In this document: piece after piece, positions 1 to 7,380 of the stretch
Layout: each line of letters begins with the position of its first letter
How positions within the stretch are numbered: the stretch's first letter is position 1
Source: a virus
IMG/VR virus record: IMGVR_UViG_3300030329_003597
Coordinates: 2,676 to 66,675 of that record
Length of the DNA: 64,000 nt
Direction: 5' to 3' (one strand)
Notes under the pieces: generated by a model
Told to the model about the DNA's origin: nothing
What the model saw: the letters and a program-made list of their open reading frames with translations, nothing else
The model's database searches: none
Position numbers and translations under genes: made by a program

Positions 1-84
1 GTCTGATGGCGTATAGGTGTCAGGTAGTTCTACCTCGATTGTTGTGGTGTATGTACGCACCACTTCTATTTCAAATGTTTTCAT
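1..84 (-). CDS. hypothetical early protein, runs off window edge (MKTFEIEVVRTYTTTIEV...)
   Basis: Hand translation from ATG at 84; no stop before position 1. Confidence 0.6.
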   Translation of the reverse strand, partial: MKTFEIEVVRTYTTTIEVELPDTYTPSD

Positions 85-95
85 GATTGATGTAT

Positions 96-239
96 TTATT
101 CGTATTTAGTAATTCCAACTTCATCATACCCTCGTTCACTCCATTCGTATGCTATCATAGTGGCATCATCTAAGGTTAGTAAGTAGTCGTTTACTTCCGT
201 ACCACCTACCCATACTGAGTATTTTCTTTCTTTATCCAT
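96..239 (-). CDS. small hypothetical protein, 47 aa (MDKERKYSVWVGGTEVNDY...)
   Basis: Hand-translated ORF below the track cutoff; fills the gap in a tightly packed operon. Confidence 0.7.
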   Translation of the reverse strand: MDKERKYSVWVGGTEVNDYLLTLDDATMIAYEWSERGYDEVGITKYE

Positions 240-241
240 GT

Positions 242-589
242 TTATTGGTTTTTATATAATCCTTGTTTAATTAACTTATCCTCTAATTTTAACAAGGTTA
301 AAAAGACGTGGTCGTGAGGTGTTTCAAATGCTTCACCTTCTTCGTAATCCTGTTCATCATAGGTAGCTTTTAACTCCTCGTAATGTGTTTGTTCACTTTC
401 GTAATAATGCGTTACTACCTTCGTAGTAAGTGATTTAATTTCTTTTAACTCTTTACGAAGTAACTCATTTTCTTCACGTAAGTCCACAAGTGTGTTTCCT
501 GCTTCCCACTTGAGTTGCTCGTTTTCGGCACGTAGTTCTGTTATTAGCCTACCTTGTGCCTCTATTGTTTTGAATAGTTCTTTGCTCAT
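242..589 (-). CDS. hypothetical coiled-coil early protein
   Basis: 115 aa ORF with heptad-like N-terminal half; co-oriented packing. Confidence 0.75.
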   Translation of the reverse strand: MSKELFKTIEAQGRLITELRAENEQLKWEAGNTLVDLREENELLRKELKEIKSLTTKVVTHYYESEQTHYEELKATYDEQDYEEGEAFETPHDHVFLTLLKLEDKLIKQGLYKNQ

Positions 590-592
590 GTT

Positions 593-790
593 TTATTGGT
601 TTAATTTGTTTAACAATTCCGTATCCCACTGAATCTCGTCATAGCGTTCTGCGTAGTATTCGATATCTTCGGGGTGTATAGCTACGCTTACGTCTTCCGT
701 TACATTTACGTAGAGCATACCACCTACGGGAGAGGTTCGTATGTCGTGTTGTGCATTAAGCACGAATGATGCTTTTTCTAAGTTTGTCAT
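593..790 (-). CDS. hypothetical protein
   Basis: 65 aa ORF in early operon. Confidence 0.7.
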   Translation of the reverse strand: MTNLEKASFVLNAQHDIRTSPVGGMLYVNVTEDVSVAIHPEDIEYYAERYDEIQWDTELLNKLNQ

Positions 791-801
791 AGGTACGTAG
801 G

Positions 802-948
802 TTATGCAAGAATGTCTTCGACAATCATTTGCTCGTCAATAGATAGGTCGTTAAACTCTTGACAGTTGAATACATAAACGGGATTCATACCTGCGAATTG
901 GTGGTAAAGCCTCTCTCTTGTTTTTTGGTCGTAAAATAAATTATACAT
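802..948 (-). CDS. small hypothetical protein, 48 aa (MYNLFYDQKTRERLYHQF...)
   Basis: Hand-translated; fills the gap; A-rich leader. Confidence 0.6.
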   Translation of the reverse strand: MYNLFYDQKTRERLYHQFAGMNPVYVFNCQEFNDLSIDEQMIVEDILA

Positions 949-988
949 TTTGAATTGGTTTTAATATATATCTAATGGTCTGACGTTT

Positions 989-1351
989 TTATAGTTCAGC
1001 TTGTATGCTACAACCAAAATCAGGATTTTCTTCTAAGTATTCGAGTATCTGCCTACCCAATCGTAAGTCTGCATACTCGGATAAACCTTCTTTAGTAACC
1101 CCGTACTTCTTCATAGTTTCATTATTATAGCTCATGTTCTCGTCGAACATCTTATCTATGCGCTTGATTTGGTCAGCACTTTCGGTTTCGATTTGCTTGA
1201 CTTCCTCACGCACCTCATCAATTCTATCAGAGTCTATCCAATAGTCTATATAATCTTGATTTTCTACTGCACCAAATCTCTCAGGTGCGTTACTGCCTTG
1301 TACTGCGAACATGAACTTACCTTCGATGTCGCCTGAATAATATCTACCCAT
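989..1351 (-). CDS. hypothetical phage protein (MGRYYSGDIEGKF...)
   Basis: 120 aa ORF with a globular-looking sequence. Confidence 0.8.
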   Translation of the reverse strand: MGRYYSGDIEGKFMFAVQGSNAPERFGAVENQDYIDYWIDSDRIDEVREEVKQIETESADQIKRIDKMFDENMSYNNETMKKYGVTKEGLSEYADLRLGRQILEYLEENPDFGCSIQAEL

Positions 1352-1364
1352 GTTTTCTATTTAT

Positions 1365-1991
1365 TTATTTTGTTTCGTTGTAATAAAGTTCGTATTCTTC
1401 TTCAATTTCATCGCTATCTATATACTCTTGCAAGTATGAGTGTATCTGCCAATCGTCTTCTACTTTGAATAGCTTGGCATCGGTGTAACCACCACGTATA
1501 TCACACCCACCATGTATCTGCAAGAGTAGGTAGGTATCTCCGTCAGCGTCTTCTAACCATGCACCTTGCAACACTTGGGATAGGTCGCTATCTCCGTTGT
1601 AAGTGTTGAATTCGTACTTGCTTTCCATACCTATCAACTCAAGGAAGTCAGCACCTGATTGTGATACTCCGTAACCGATATCTCCGTCCCAATCGGGGCA
1701 GTCAGTATTGAGTTCGTTGAACTTATCGCACACGTGGTCGAGTTCAAGTTCGCTTAGGTAGTGAAATACTGAAACGTTACGCTCATACTCGGTGTGTATC
1801 TTCCCATCTTTGTCAGTCCATTCAGACTTTTCAATGGTTTGCTCTTGCTCATTATCAAAGTCTTCGATAGTCTTGGCTTGGTTTCGTTCCCAATTCCTAC
1901 CATATGCACCACCTGAATCAAGCATGTGCCTACCTGTGTTTTCCGTAAGCATAGCGTACACCAGCTTTTCCGTGTTTGTAAATTTTCTCAT
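1365..1991 (-). CDS. hypothetical acidic phage protein
   Basis: 208 aa with motif-like segments ENTGRHMLDSGGAYGRNWERN and QIHGGCDIRGGYT. Confidence 0.8.
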   Translation of the reverse strand: MRKFTNTEKLVYAMLTENTGRHMLDSGGAYGRNWERNQAKTIEDFDNEQEQTIEKSEWTDKDGKIHTEYERNVSVFHYLSELELDHVCDKFNELNTDCPDWDGDIGYGVSQSGADFLELIGMESKYEFNTYNGDSDLSQVLQGAWLEDADGDTYLLLQIHGGCDIRGGYTDAKLFKVEDDWQIHSYLQEYIDSDEIEEEYELYYNETK

Positions 1992-2209
1992 TTGATTTGG
2001 ATTTTTTCGATTAGTATTTTAATGTTGCTTTCACTACCCTCATAGTATATTGAACCTGCTCTCTTAGTGTATACGTTCTTGATGAAGTGATGATGCTCAT
2101 TTAGTTGGTCATCGTATGCCTTTTGAGCATCTTCGTACTTTGCAAATAGTTCTGTCTGACAATAGTCAAGGAGTGAGTCCAATACGTGGACGGCATATAC
2201 GTGTGTCAT
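1988..2209 (-). CDS. hypothetical protein
   Basis: 73 aa; ATGA overlaps with neighbours. Confidence 0.7.
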   Translation of the reverse strand: MTHVYAVHVLDSLLDYCQTELFAKYEDAQKAYDDQLNEHHHFIKNVYTKRAGSIYYEGSESNIKILIEKIQIK

Positions 2210-2331
2210 GATTTTTTAGCATTTCGTTTTTTAGCAATAACTTTAGCAAGTTCTCTTTGCCCCGTATAACGTGCCCATTCGTAAGGAGTGAAACTCCTTT
2301 TGTTAGGTGTAAGCCATGTTTTTTCGTTCAT
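2206..2331 (-). CDS. small basic protein, 41 aa (MNEKTWLTPNKRSFTPYEWARY...)
   Basis: Hand-translated; ATGA overlaps at both ends. Confidence 0.65.
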   Translation of the reverse strand: MNEKTWLTPNKRSFTPYEWARYTGQRELAKVIAKKRNAKKS

Positions 2332-2510
2332 TTTGCTTGGTTTTCTAAGGTTTCTAACTGATTTTCTAACCTATCTAAACGTGCCTCTGCCTCACGAATA
2401 ATAAGTTGTTGTCTTCTAATTTCTTCTTTCGTGCGTACTGATAGTTTTGCACGATGTTCCTTCCACTCACGGAAGTCCCGCTCTGATTGTGTTAATGATG
2501 TGTTTTCCAT
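2328..2510 (-). CDS. hypothetical coiled-coil protein
   Basis: 60 aa; first gene after a predicted promoter. Confidence 0.7.
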   Translation of the reverse strand: MENTSLTQSERDFREWKEHRAKLSVRTKEEIRRQQLIIREAEARLDRLENQLETLENQAK

Positions 2511-2532
2511 ACGAATTGGTTTTTGATTTGCG

Positions 2533-2564
2533 CTAATGTATAAACTTTGATTTAATTCTCCAAA
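2533..2564 (-). promoter_or_regulatory. Bacteroidota-type early promoter, TTTG-N20-TACATTAG
   Basis: Matches the -33 TTTG / -7 TAnnTTTG consensus with one mismatch and canonical spacing. Confidence 0.6.
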
Positions 2565-2588
2565 TTTGTTTCCGACTTTCTCGGTATT

Positions 2589-2652
2589 AAGTAGTATATG
2601 TATTATATATCTCTCATATTCTATGAGATATATAATACTATACTTCTAAAGG
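2589..2652. repeat. long AT-rich inverted repeat, copy 1
   Basis: GTATTATATATCTC (2600-2613) / GAGATATATAATAC (2625-2638), perfect 14 bp, plus an outer stem. Confidence 0.9.
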
Positions 2653-2999
2653 CTCAGCCTCTCTTCCTTACTGCGTATGTACGCTTGTTCAGGAGTTTCA
2701 CCATCTCTAATTTCTAAAGAAATCGCACATCTCGGAGATTTATAACTCGGCTCGACTTCACTCTTCAGGTACGTGGTACATATCTGAGTACGTGCTTGTC
2801 TATGCTCTAACCTTTGGTTATGGCTTAATCTCACCCTCGCTTTACGAGCAAGGTTTCTACCACTAAAATCCTCTACCACCTCTAAAGAGGTAATGTGAGC
2901 AGTCATCTCTTTGAGTAAGCGCATAGCTATACGCTTGTTTTTTGCGCTCGGTTGCTGTTTAGCTAATCGTACAGCTGAGCGTATCTCTGTGAATTTCAT
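2646..2999 (-). CDS. basic early protein, N-terminal paralog of 3197..3457
   Basis: 117 aa; SAV..A......K.IA..LLKE.TA....L.VV shared with the 3197 ORF. Confidence 0.75.
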   Translation of the reverse strand: MKFTEIRSAVRLAKQQPSAKNKRIAMRLLKEMTAHITSLEVVEDFSGRNLARKARVRLSHNQRLEHRQARTQICTTYLKSEVEPSYKSPRCAISLEIRDGETPEQAYIRSKEERLSL

Positions 3000-3010
3000 A
3001 GATGTACGTT

Positions 3011-3121
3011 TTATTGGTTTATTATTAGTGTTGCTATTATCGTAGAGATAATATATCCCATTAGGATAGAGAATGTTACAACACCTGCGACTATTAGTCC
3101 TGATTTTAATTTACTCATCAT
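3011..3121 (-). CDS. small membrane peptide, 36 aa (MMSKLKSGLIVAGVVTFSILMGYIISTIIATLIINQ)
   Basis: Hand-translated; one long hydrophobic stretch; starts 23 nt after the hammerhead cleavage site. Confidence 0.65.
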   Translation of the reverse strand: MMSKLKSGLIVAGVVTFSILMGYIISTIIATLIINQ

Positions 3122-3138
3122 AGCGTGTGAATTGAATT

Positions 3139-3196
3139 GTTACTGACTACCCCCCGAAGGGGGTAGTTTCGTCCATTCAGGACTCGTCAGAGTAAC
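3139..3196 (-). ncRNA. type I hammerhead ribozyme
   Basis: Minus strand reads GUUACU-CUGACGA-GUCC(UGAAU)GGAC-GAAA-CUACCCCC(UUCG)GGGGGUAG-UC-AGUAAC: full catalytic core, three perfect stems, GUC cleavage triplet. Confidence 0.95.
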
Positions 3197-3457
3197 TTAC
3201 TTGCTTAGCGTGGCTAAGTGCTCAAGCAGTTGCGCCTTCGTCATCTTCGATAGACCCTTGATTGGGGTTGGCTTTGACTTAGCTTTAGAAGTCTTCGACT
3301 TCTTCTTCTTAGGTACGACCACCTTTAAGGCTTCCACCTCAGCAGTCAGCTCCTTTAGGAGCTTCAAAGCGATAGCTTTCTTTTGCTTCGTGCAGTTGTA
3401 CATAGCCTTGTTTACTGCTGACTTTGTTTCAGCGATTAGGGATTTTGATTTTGCCAT
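3197..3457 (-). CDS. Lys-rich putative nucleic-acid-binding protein, first early gene
   Basis: 86 aa, very basic; C-terminal LSKMTKAQLLE resembles the first helix of Rho-N/HeH domains. Confidence 0.75.
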   Translation of the reverse strand: MAKSKSLIAETKSAVNKAMYNCTKQKKAIALKLLKELTAEVEALKVVVPKKKKSKTSKAKSKPTPIKGLSKMTKAQLLEHLATLSK

Positions 3458-3471
3458 TTGATTTGGGGTTT

Positions 3472-3540
3472 AAGTAGTGTATGTATTAAATATATCTCTC
3501 GTAAACTACGAGATATATTTAATACTACACTTCTAAGGGG
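3472..3540. repeat. long AT-rich inverted repeat, copy 2
   Basis: GTATTAAATATATCTC (3483-3498) / GAGATATATTTAATAC (3510-3525), perfect 16 bp, plus an outer stem. Confidence 0.9.
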
Positions 3541-3738
3541 GTCAGAGTGAGGTCAGGGGAGAGTAGTAGTATACTACTCTATATAGTAGGGTGGGAGTTG
3601 TCCCCGAGCCGTATAGGGCTACCTTCGGTAAACCAAAGCCAAACGCATATACACGTATCTACACCTACGCTACAACCGATTGGATTTAACTCATTGATTG
3701 ACAGTCAGTTAGAAAAAGCTGAAAAGTGTGGGCAAAAC

Positions 3739-3796
3739 TGCGTACGTTGTGCGTATGCGACTATGCAAGTGCGTTTCGGGTGCGTTTGCGTAGCGT
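3739..3796. repeat. cluster of TGCGT pentamers in the non-coding divergence region
   Basis: TGCGT at 3739, 3750, 3770, 3781 and 3787, plus variants. Confidence 0.6.
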
Positions 3797-3987
3797 CTGT
3801 ATTTACATATAATCCCCAAGCTCTATATTTCTCAAAAAAATTTTCACCAATTTTTTCTACAGGCGTGATTTTCGCCGTTTTTTCCTCTTTTGCGGCGGTT
3901 GCCGAAATCTTTACGATCAAAACTTTACATCAATAAGCCTTAAAAATCAGTTTGTTAGGAAATGGAGCTTAAAGTAAGAGTTTACTA

Positions 3988-4018
3988 TTGATTTTTAGTT
4001 TTTTCTGGGTTAACTTTG
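3988..4018 (+). promoter_or_regulatory. Bacteroidota-type promoter, TTG-N20-TAACTTTG
   Basis: Perfect -7 box at 4011-4018 with TTG at canonical spacing. Confidence 0.6.
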
Positions 4019-4129
4019 CTTTAGTTAATTAAACTATTAGTTATGTTTTTAGTGTATTCATAGAATATTAACTGATAATGTTTATTTAGCTGGGTTCTCA
4101 AGCCCAAGCTATACATAAATAATAGGTAC

Positions 4130-4153
4130 ACCTCCTTTATCAGGGGGTTTTTT
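4130..4153 (+). terminator. intrinsic terminator
   Basis: ACCTCCT-TTATC-AGGGGGT followed by a T run. Confidence 0.65.
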
Positions 4154-4159
4154 ATTCAT

Positions 4160-4167
4160 TATATTTG
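4160..4167 (+). promoter_or_regulatory. late promoter -7 box, TATATTTG
   Basis: TAnnTTTG consensus, 4 nt before ATG 4172. Confidence 0.7.
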
Positions 4168-4171
4168 CTAT

Positions 4172-4600
4172 ATGGACGAAGAAGAAATTTTACAATATCT
4201 ATACGATAACATGTGGCTGATCGAAGGAAGGGAGATAATAAATATAGACAAACATGGCAGTAAGCATGTATTTAAGGAAGGTTTTTCTCCAAAACAACCT
4301 TTACAGCTTGAAAGGATTGATCCTTTACCTTTAAGTAAAATTGAATCCCCAGATACAAAAGACATAGATATAAGAGATATAATTAGATCAGAGAGTATAT
4401 CACTACCTAAAGGGAAAGAACCTCAGCTTATTATGAAGAAATCTAATAAAACAAGAACAGGTCAAGAGCCAGCATACTATACGTATTGGGATAAAGATAA
4501 AAAGCAGTGGAAGAGAAGGCCAGTAGAAAAAGAAGAATATGATCGTTATATGAGGGAGAATCGTATACGAAACCCTCAAGTCATCAAAACTAGCTTTTAG
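4172..4600 (+). CDS. hypothetical protein, putative virion cargo
   Basis: 142 aa; N-terminus MDEEEILQY identical to the 41373 ORF. Confidence 0.75.
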   Translation: MDEEEILQYLYDNMWLIEGREIINIDKHGSKHVFKEGFSPKQPLQLERIDPLPLSKIESPDTKDIDIRDIIRSESISLPKGKEPQLIMKKSNKTRTGQEPAYYTYWDKDKKQWKRRPVEKEEYDRYMRENRIRNPQVIKTSF

Positions 4601-4608
4601 TATCTTTG
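4601..4608 (+). promoter_or_regulatory. late promoter -7 box, TATCTTTG
   Basis: Consensus match, 4 nt before ATG 4613. Confidence 0.7.
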
Positions 4609-4612
4609 TCTT

Positions 4613-5494
4613 ATGGCGACTCCTATCAAAAAAGACCCACCTGAAGAAGAGGGAATAGATATATTACAAGCACTTGCTAATATATATAATTGGAAAGAGA
4701 ATTTAGCTGAGAATATTAACCCAAGAGGTTATGATATGGACCTCGATGATGATGCTCCTGGGTACGATGACCCTATTTTAGGTAATCACCCATTACAGAG
4801 ATTATACAACGCTATTGTTTTAGATCGAAAAGAACCTCTAAGAGAAAAGGAAGAAGAATTTATACAGCTTGCTTCTATTTCTGAGGATCCTGATTATAGT
4901 GCTGATGCAATTCTTAATGCAGCTGGAGAAGCAGAAAGACAAGATCTTTTAAGTTTAATGTTGGGTCAAGATCAAAAACATGGTAGTATAGAACCTGCAA
5001 TATACAAGCCTACTAAATCAAAAGATCCTGATGCTGAATACTATCGTTCAAAAGTAACAGAACAACAGATAAAAAATGAACTAATGGACCCATACGTTCC
5101 AAGGTCTTTAAGAGGTAAGATGGGTTATAAGAGTGATAAAGAAGGTACTTACATTGGGAGAGGGGAAGATATTGCTGACCTTCTTATTGACTCGGATATT
5201 TATGGTGACGCTCTAGGAAACTTTATTTTAGATAAAGGAGTAGATGAAAAGGGCCATTATATCAGTTATTATGACATATGGGATGTAAACCCTTTGTCTT
5301 CTGGGGCAACTCAAGGAGATGAAGCATCGATAATGCCAAGAGGGTTAGATGATGTGATACAATCTGCTGTTGGTATTAAACCAGCAGAATTGTATGGTAG
5401 GGTTTATTATGATCCTAAGACTGGACTCCCTATAGAGGAGAAAAAGTATGGGGGTACTGTAAGGCCTCTTAAAAAATACAAAGTCTTAAAATAG
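4613..5494 (+). CDS. hypothetical acidic protein with basic GG tail, putative virion cargo
   Basis: 293 aa; GHYISYYDIWD motif; C-terminal KKYGGTVRPLKK. Confidence 0.8.
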   Translation: MATPIKKDPPEEEGIDILQALANIYNWKENLAENINPRGYDMDLDDDAPGYDDPILGNHPLQRLYNAIVLDRKEPLREKEEEFIQLASISEDPDYSADAILNAAGEAERQDLLSLMLGQDQKHGSIEPAIYKPTKSKDPDAEYYRSKVTEQQIKNELMDPYVPRSLRGKMGYKSDKEGTYIGRGEDIADLLIDSDIYGDALGNFILDKGVDEKGHYISYYDIWDVNPLSSGATQGDEASIMPRGLDDVIQSAVGIKPAELYGRVYYDPKTGLPIEEKKYGGTVRPLKKYKVLK

Positions 5495-5502
5495 TATCTT
5501 TG
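5495..5502 (+). promoter_or_regulatory. late promoter -7 box, TATCTTTG
   Basis: Consensus match, 4 nt before ATG 5507. Confidence 0.7.
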
Positions 5503-5506
5503 TTTT

Positions 5507-6919
5507 ATGGCAAGATCTAGGTTTAGAGAAGAGAAGATTAGAATCCTTATGAATGAGGGTTATCCGTTTAAACAAGCGGTAGCTATTGCCTATGATAAAG
5601 AAAAGAAAGGTGATGAGGGATTAACTACTGATCCTACCGATCCAAAGAAATCGGGAACCGCATCAGACAGTCTAAACGTAGCGTCTCTTAAATCTGGCAT
5701 TGCTCAAGTAGAAAGTGGGGGAGGCCAAGAGATATTTATGATAAATCCTGATCCTAACAGTACAGCTACTGGATTATATGGTCAAAGATTTAGCGAAATA
5801 GAAGATGAGTATGAGGGTAGTAGAACACAATTCTCTACAGACATACAAGCTCAAGAAGAATTTATGGATAAGAGAATAGAGGAGGGTATTAACGCACCTT
5901 CTTTAAGGCGTAATGCAATAGATCTTACTGCAGAATATAAAGATCAATTAGGTGATAAGTGGGATTATACTCAAAACGAGGTTGCTGCGTTGAGCCATTT
6001 CTTAGGGAGGCAAGGGACTAGAGAATATTTCGCAGCTATTCGTGATGGAAAGGATTTTGTAGTTCCAGGAACTAATAAAAGCCCTGAAGAGTATCTAGAA
6101 ACTTTTAATGAGGGGGAAGCAAAGATTAAAATGAGGGGTGGTATTGTAAGGCCTATTAAAAGAGGGGATAATGGTGTAACTACGGGAGAGGAAACTGAAG
6201 ATCCAAAAGACGATGATGTATACTCTGTAACTCATGAAGATATATATAATTATTTAGCTAGCAAAGATGTAAACCTTAAAGGGAGAGAAATAGCTAAAAC
6301 TAGAATTATGCCTGGAAGAGGAGAATATTTCCATTATGCAGATGCTCCAGGAGAAGAACATGATACCTTATTGGGTGTAAAGATGGGTAGAGGCGCAGAA
6401 GACACTAAAGATGGAGGATTTAGACAGCATCCTCTTATGATACATTCTAGTAGAGCTGGAGATGAAGATGTAAGGTTAGAAGAAGATATACATTCTATAC
6501 AACCTAAAGTAGGAACGCTTATTAAAGGTATGGGGGGTATAAAAAGGAAGTTAGCTAGAATGTTAAATAAGCAATACTTTACTTTCGACGAAGGTGTTGG
6601 AAATGAAAAATTTCAAGCTTTAAGCGATCAGGAAAAATCAGACCTATATAAAAGGGAGATGGTGGAAAAAAATTATGCTCTTAAAGGTGCTGGTAGTTCT
6701 ACTGAATTTGAGGCAAAACTGATTTCTGATAAAATGCAAATGATTGATCAAGGAGTTATAAATCCTAGCGGTAGAGTAACAAAAGATGATCTTCAGGCAA
6801 TACAACAATGGTATGAAAAGCAAAATCCACATGCCGCTTTCTTAAATCCATTATTTAAAAATATCGATGACTCCCCTAGATATACTAAAATTCTTCTTCA
6901 AGCTCTTAATAAAGCATAA
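5507..6919 (+). CDS. two-domain protein: lytic transglycosylase/lysozyme-like domain plus a degenerate zincin-like domain
   Basis: IAQVESGG...NP..STATGLYGQ resembles SLT motifs I and II; later EEDIHSIQ...EFEAKL. Confidence 0.6.
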   Translation: MARSRFREEKIRILMNEGYPFKQAVAIAYDKEKKGDEGLTTDPTDPKKSGTASDSLNVASLKSGIAQVESGGGQEIFMINPDPNSTATGLYGQRFSEIEDEYEGSRTQFSTDIQAQEEFMDKRIEEGINAPSLRRNAIDLTAEYKDQLGDKWDYTQNEVAALSHFLGRQGTREYFAAIRDGKDFVVPGTNKSPEEYLETFNEGEAKIKMRGGIVRPIKRGDNGVTTGEETEDPKDDDVYSVTHEDIYNYLASKDVNLKGREIAKTRIMPGRGEYFHYADAPGEEHDTLLGVKMGRGAEDTKDGGFRQHPLMIHSSRAGDEDVRLEEDIHSIQPKVGTLIKGMGGIKRKLARMLNKQYFTFDEGVGNEKFQALSDQEKSDLYKREMVEKNYALKGAGSSTEFEAKLISDKMQMIDQGVINPSGRVTKDDLQAIQQWYEKQNPHAAFLNPLFKNIDDSPRYTKILLQALNKA

Positions 6920-6931
6920 TAGATAATAACT

Positions 6932-6939
6932 TATATTTG
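6932..6939 (+). promoter_or_regulatory. late promoter -7 box, TATATTTG
   Basis: Intergenic consensus match upstream of 6952. Confidence 0.65.
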
Positions 6940-6951
6940 TAAAAATATCAC

Positions 6952-7380
6952 ATGGCAACACTAACGGTAACAATTAAAGAAGAATTAATCCTTAATGGGA
7001 AAGATGTAGGGTGTACTAATGTTGCTACTTATGGTGCTACTGAAGTTTATCACCGTATAGCAACTATAACAAATACTGAAAAAAGTATATTGTTATTTGG
7101 AGCTGCCGTAGAGGGTGGGACTATTAAAGATGCTCAACTTGATTACCTAAGGATTACAAACTTAGATTCGTCTGCTAATATAAAGCTTAGGATAAGAAAT
7201 GCTTCAGAGGAGTTTATGGTTCAGGTAGATCCTTTAGGTTCTTTCATCTTAACAGAAGATAAGTTAGATGCTGATGCTACAGGAAGTGATGAGACTATTT
7301 CATTAGCTCAAATAGACAGTATAAAAGCTGTTTCTGGAACTAGTAGTTCATTAATAGAAATATTTGCAGCGTCAGCATAA
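6952..7380 (+). CDS. putative virion structural protein, beta-rich
   Basis: 142 aa; MATLTVTIKE start and YLRITNLD motif, similar in style to the 20550-22560 family. Confidence 0.65.
   Translation: MATLTVTIKEELILNGKDVGCTNVATYGATEVYHRIATITNTEKSILLFGAAVEGGTIKDAQLDYLRITNLDSSANIKLRIRNASEEFMVQVDPLGSFILTEDKLDADATGSDETISLAQIDSIKAVSGTSSSLIEIFAASA

Noticed and set aside
3147-3170. GC hairpin read as an intrinsic terminator
   Set aside because: It is stem III of the hammerhead and has no U tract on the coding (minus) strand
3547-3936. 129-aa plus ORF and 71-aa minus ORF in the divergence region
   Set aside because: Atypical composition, weak starts, and overlap with hairpins and pentamer repeats; more likely non-coding
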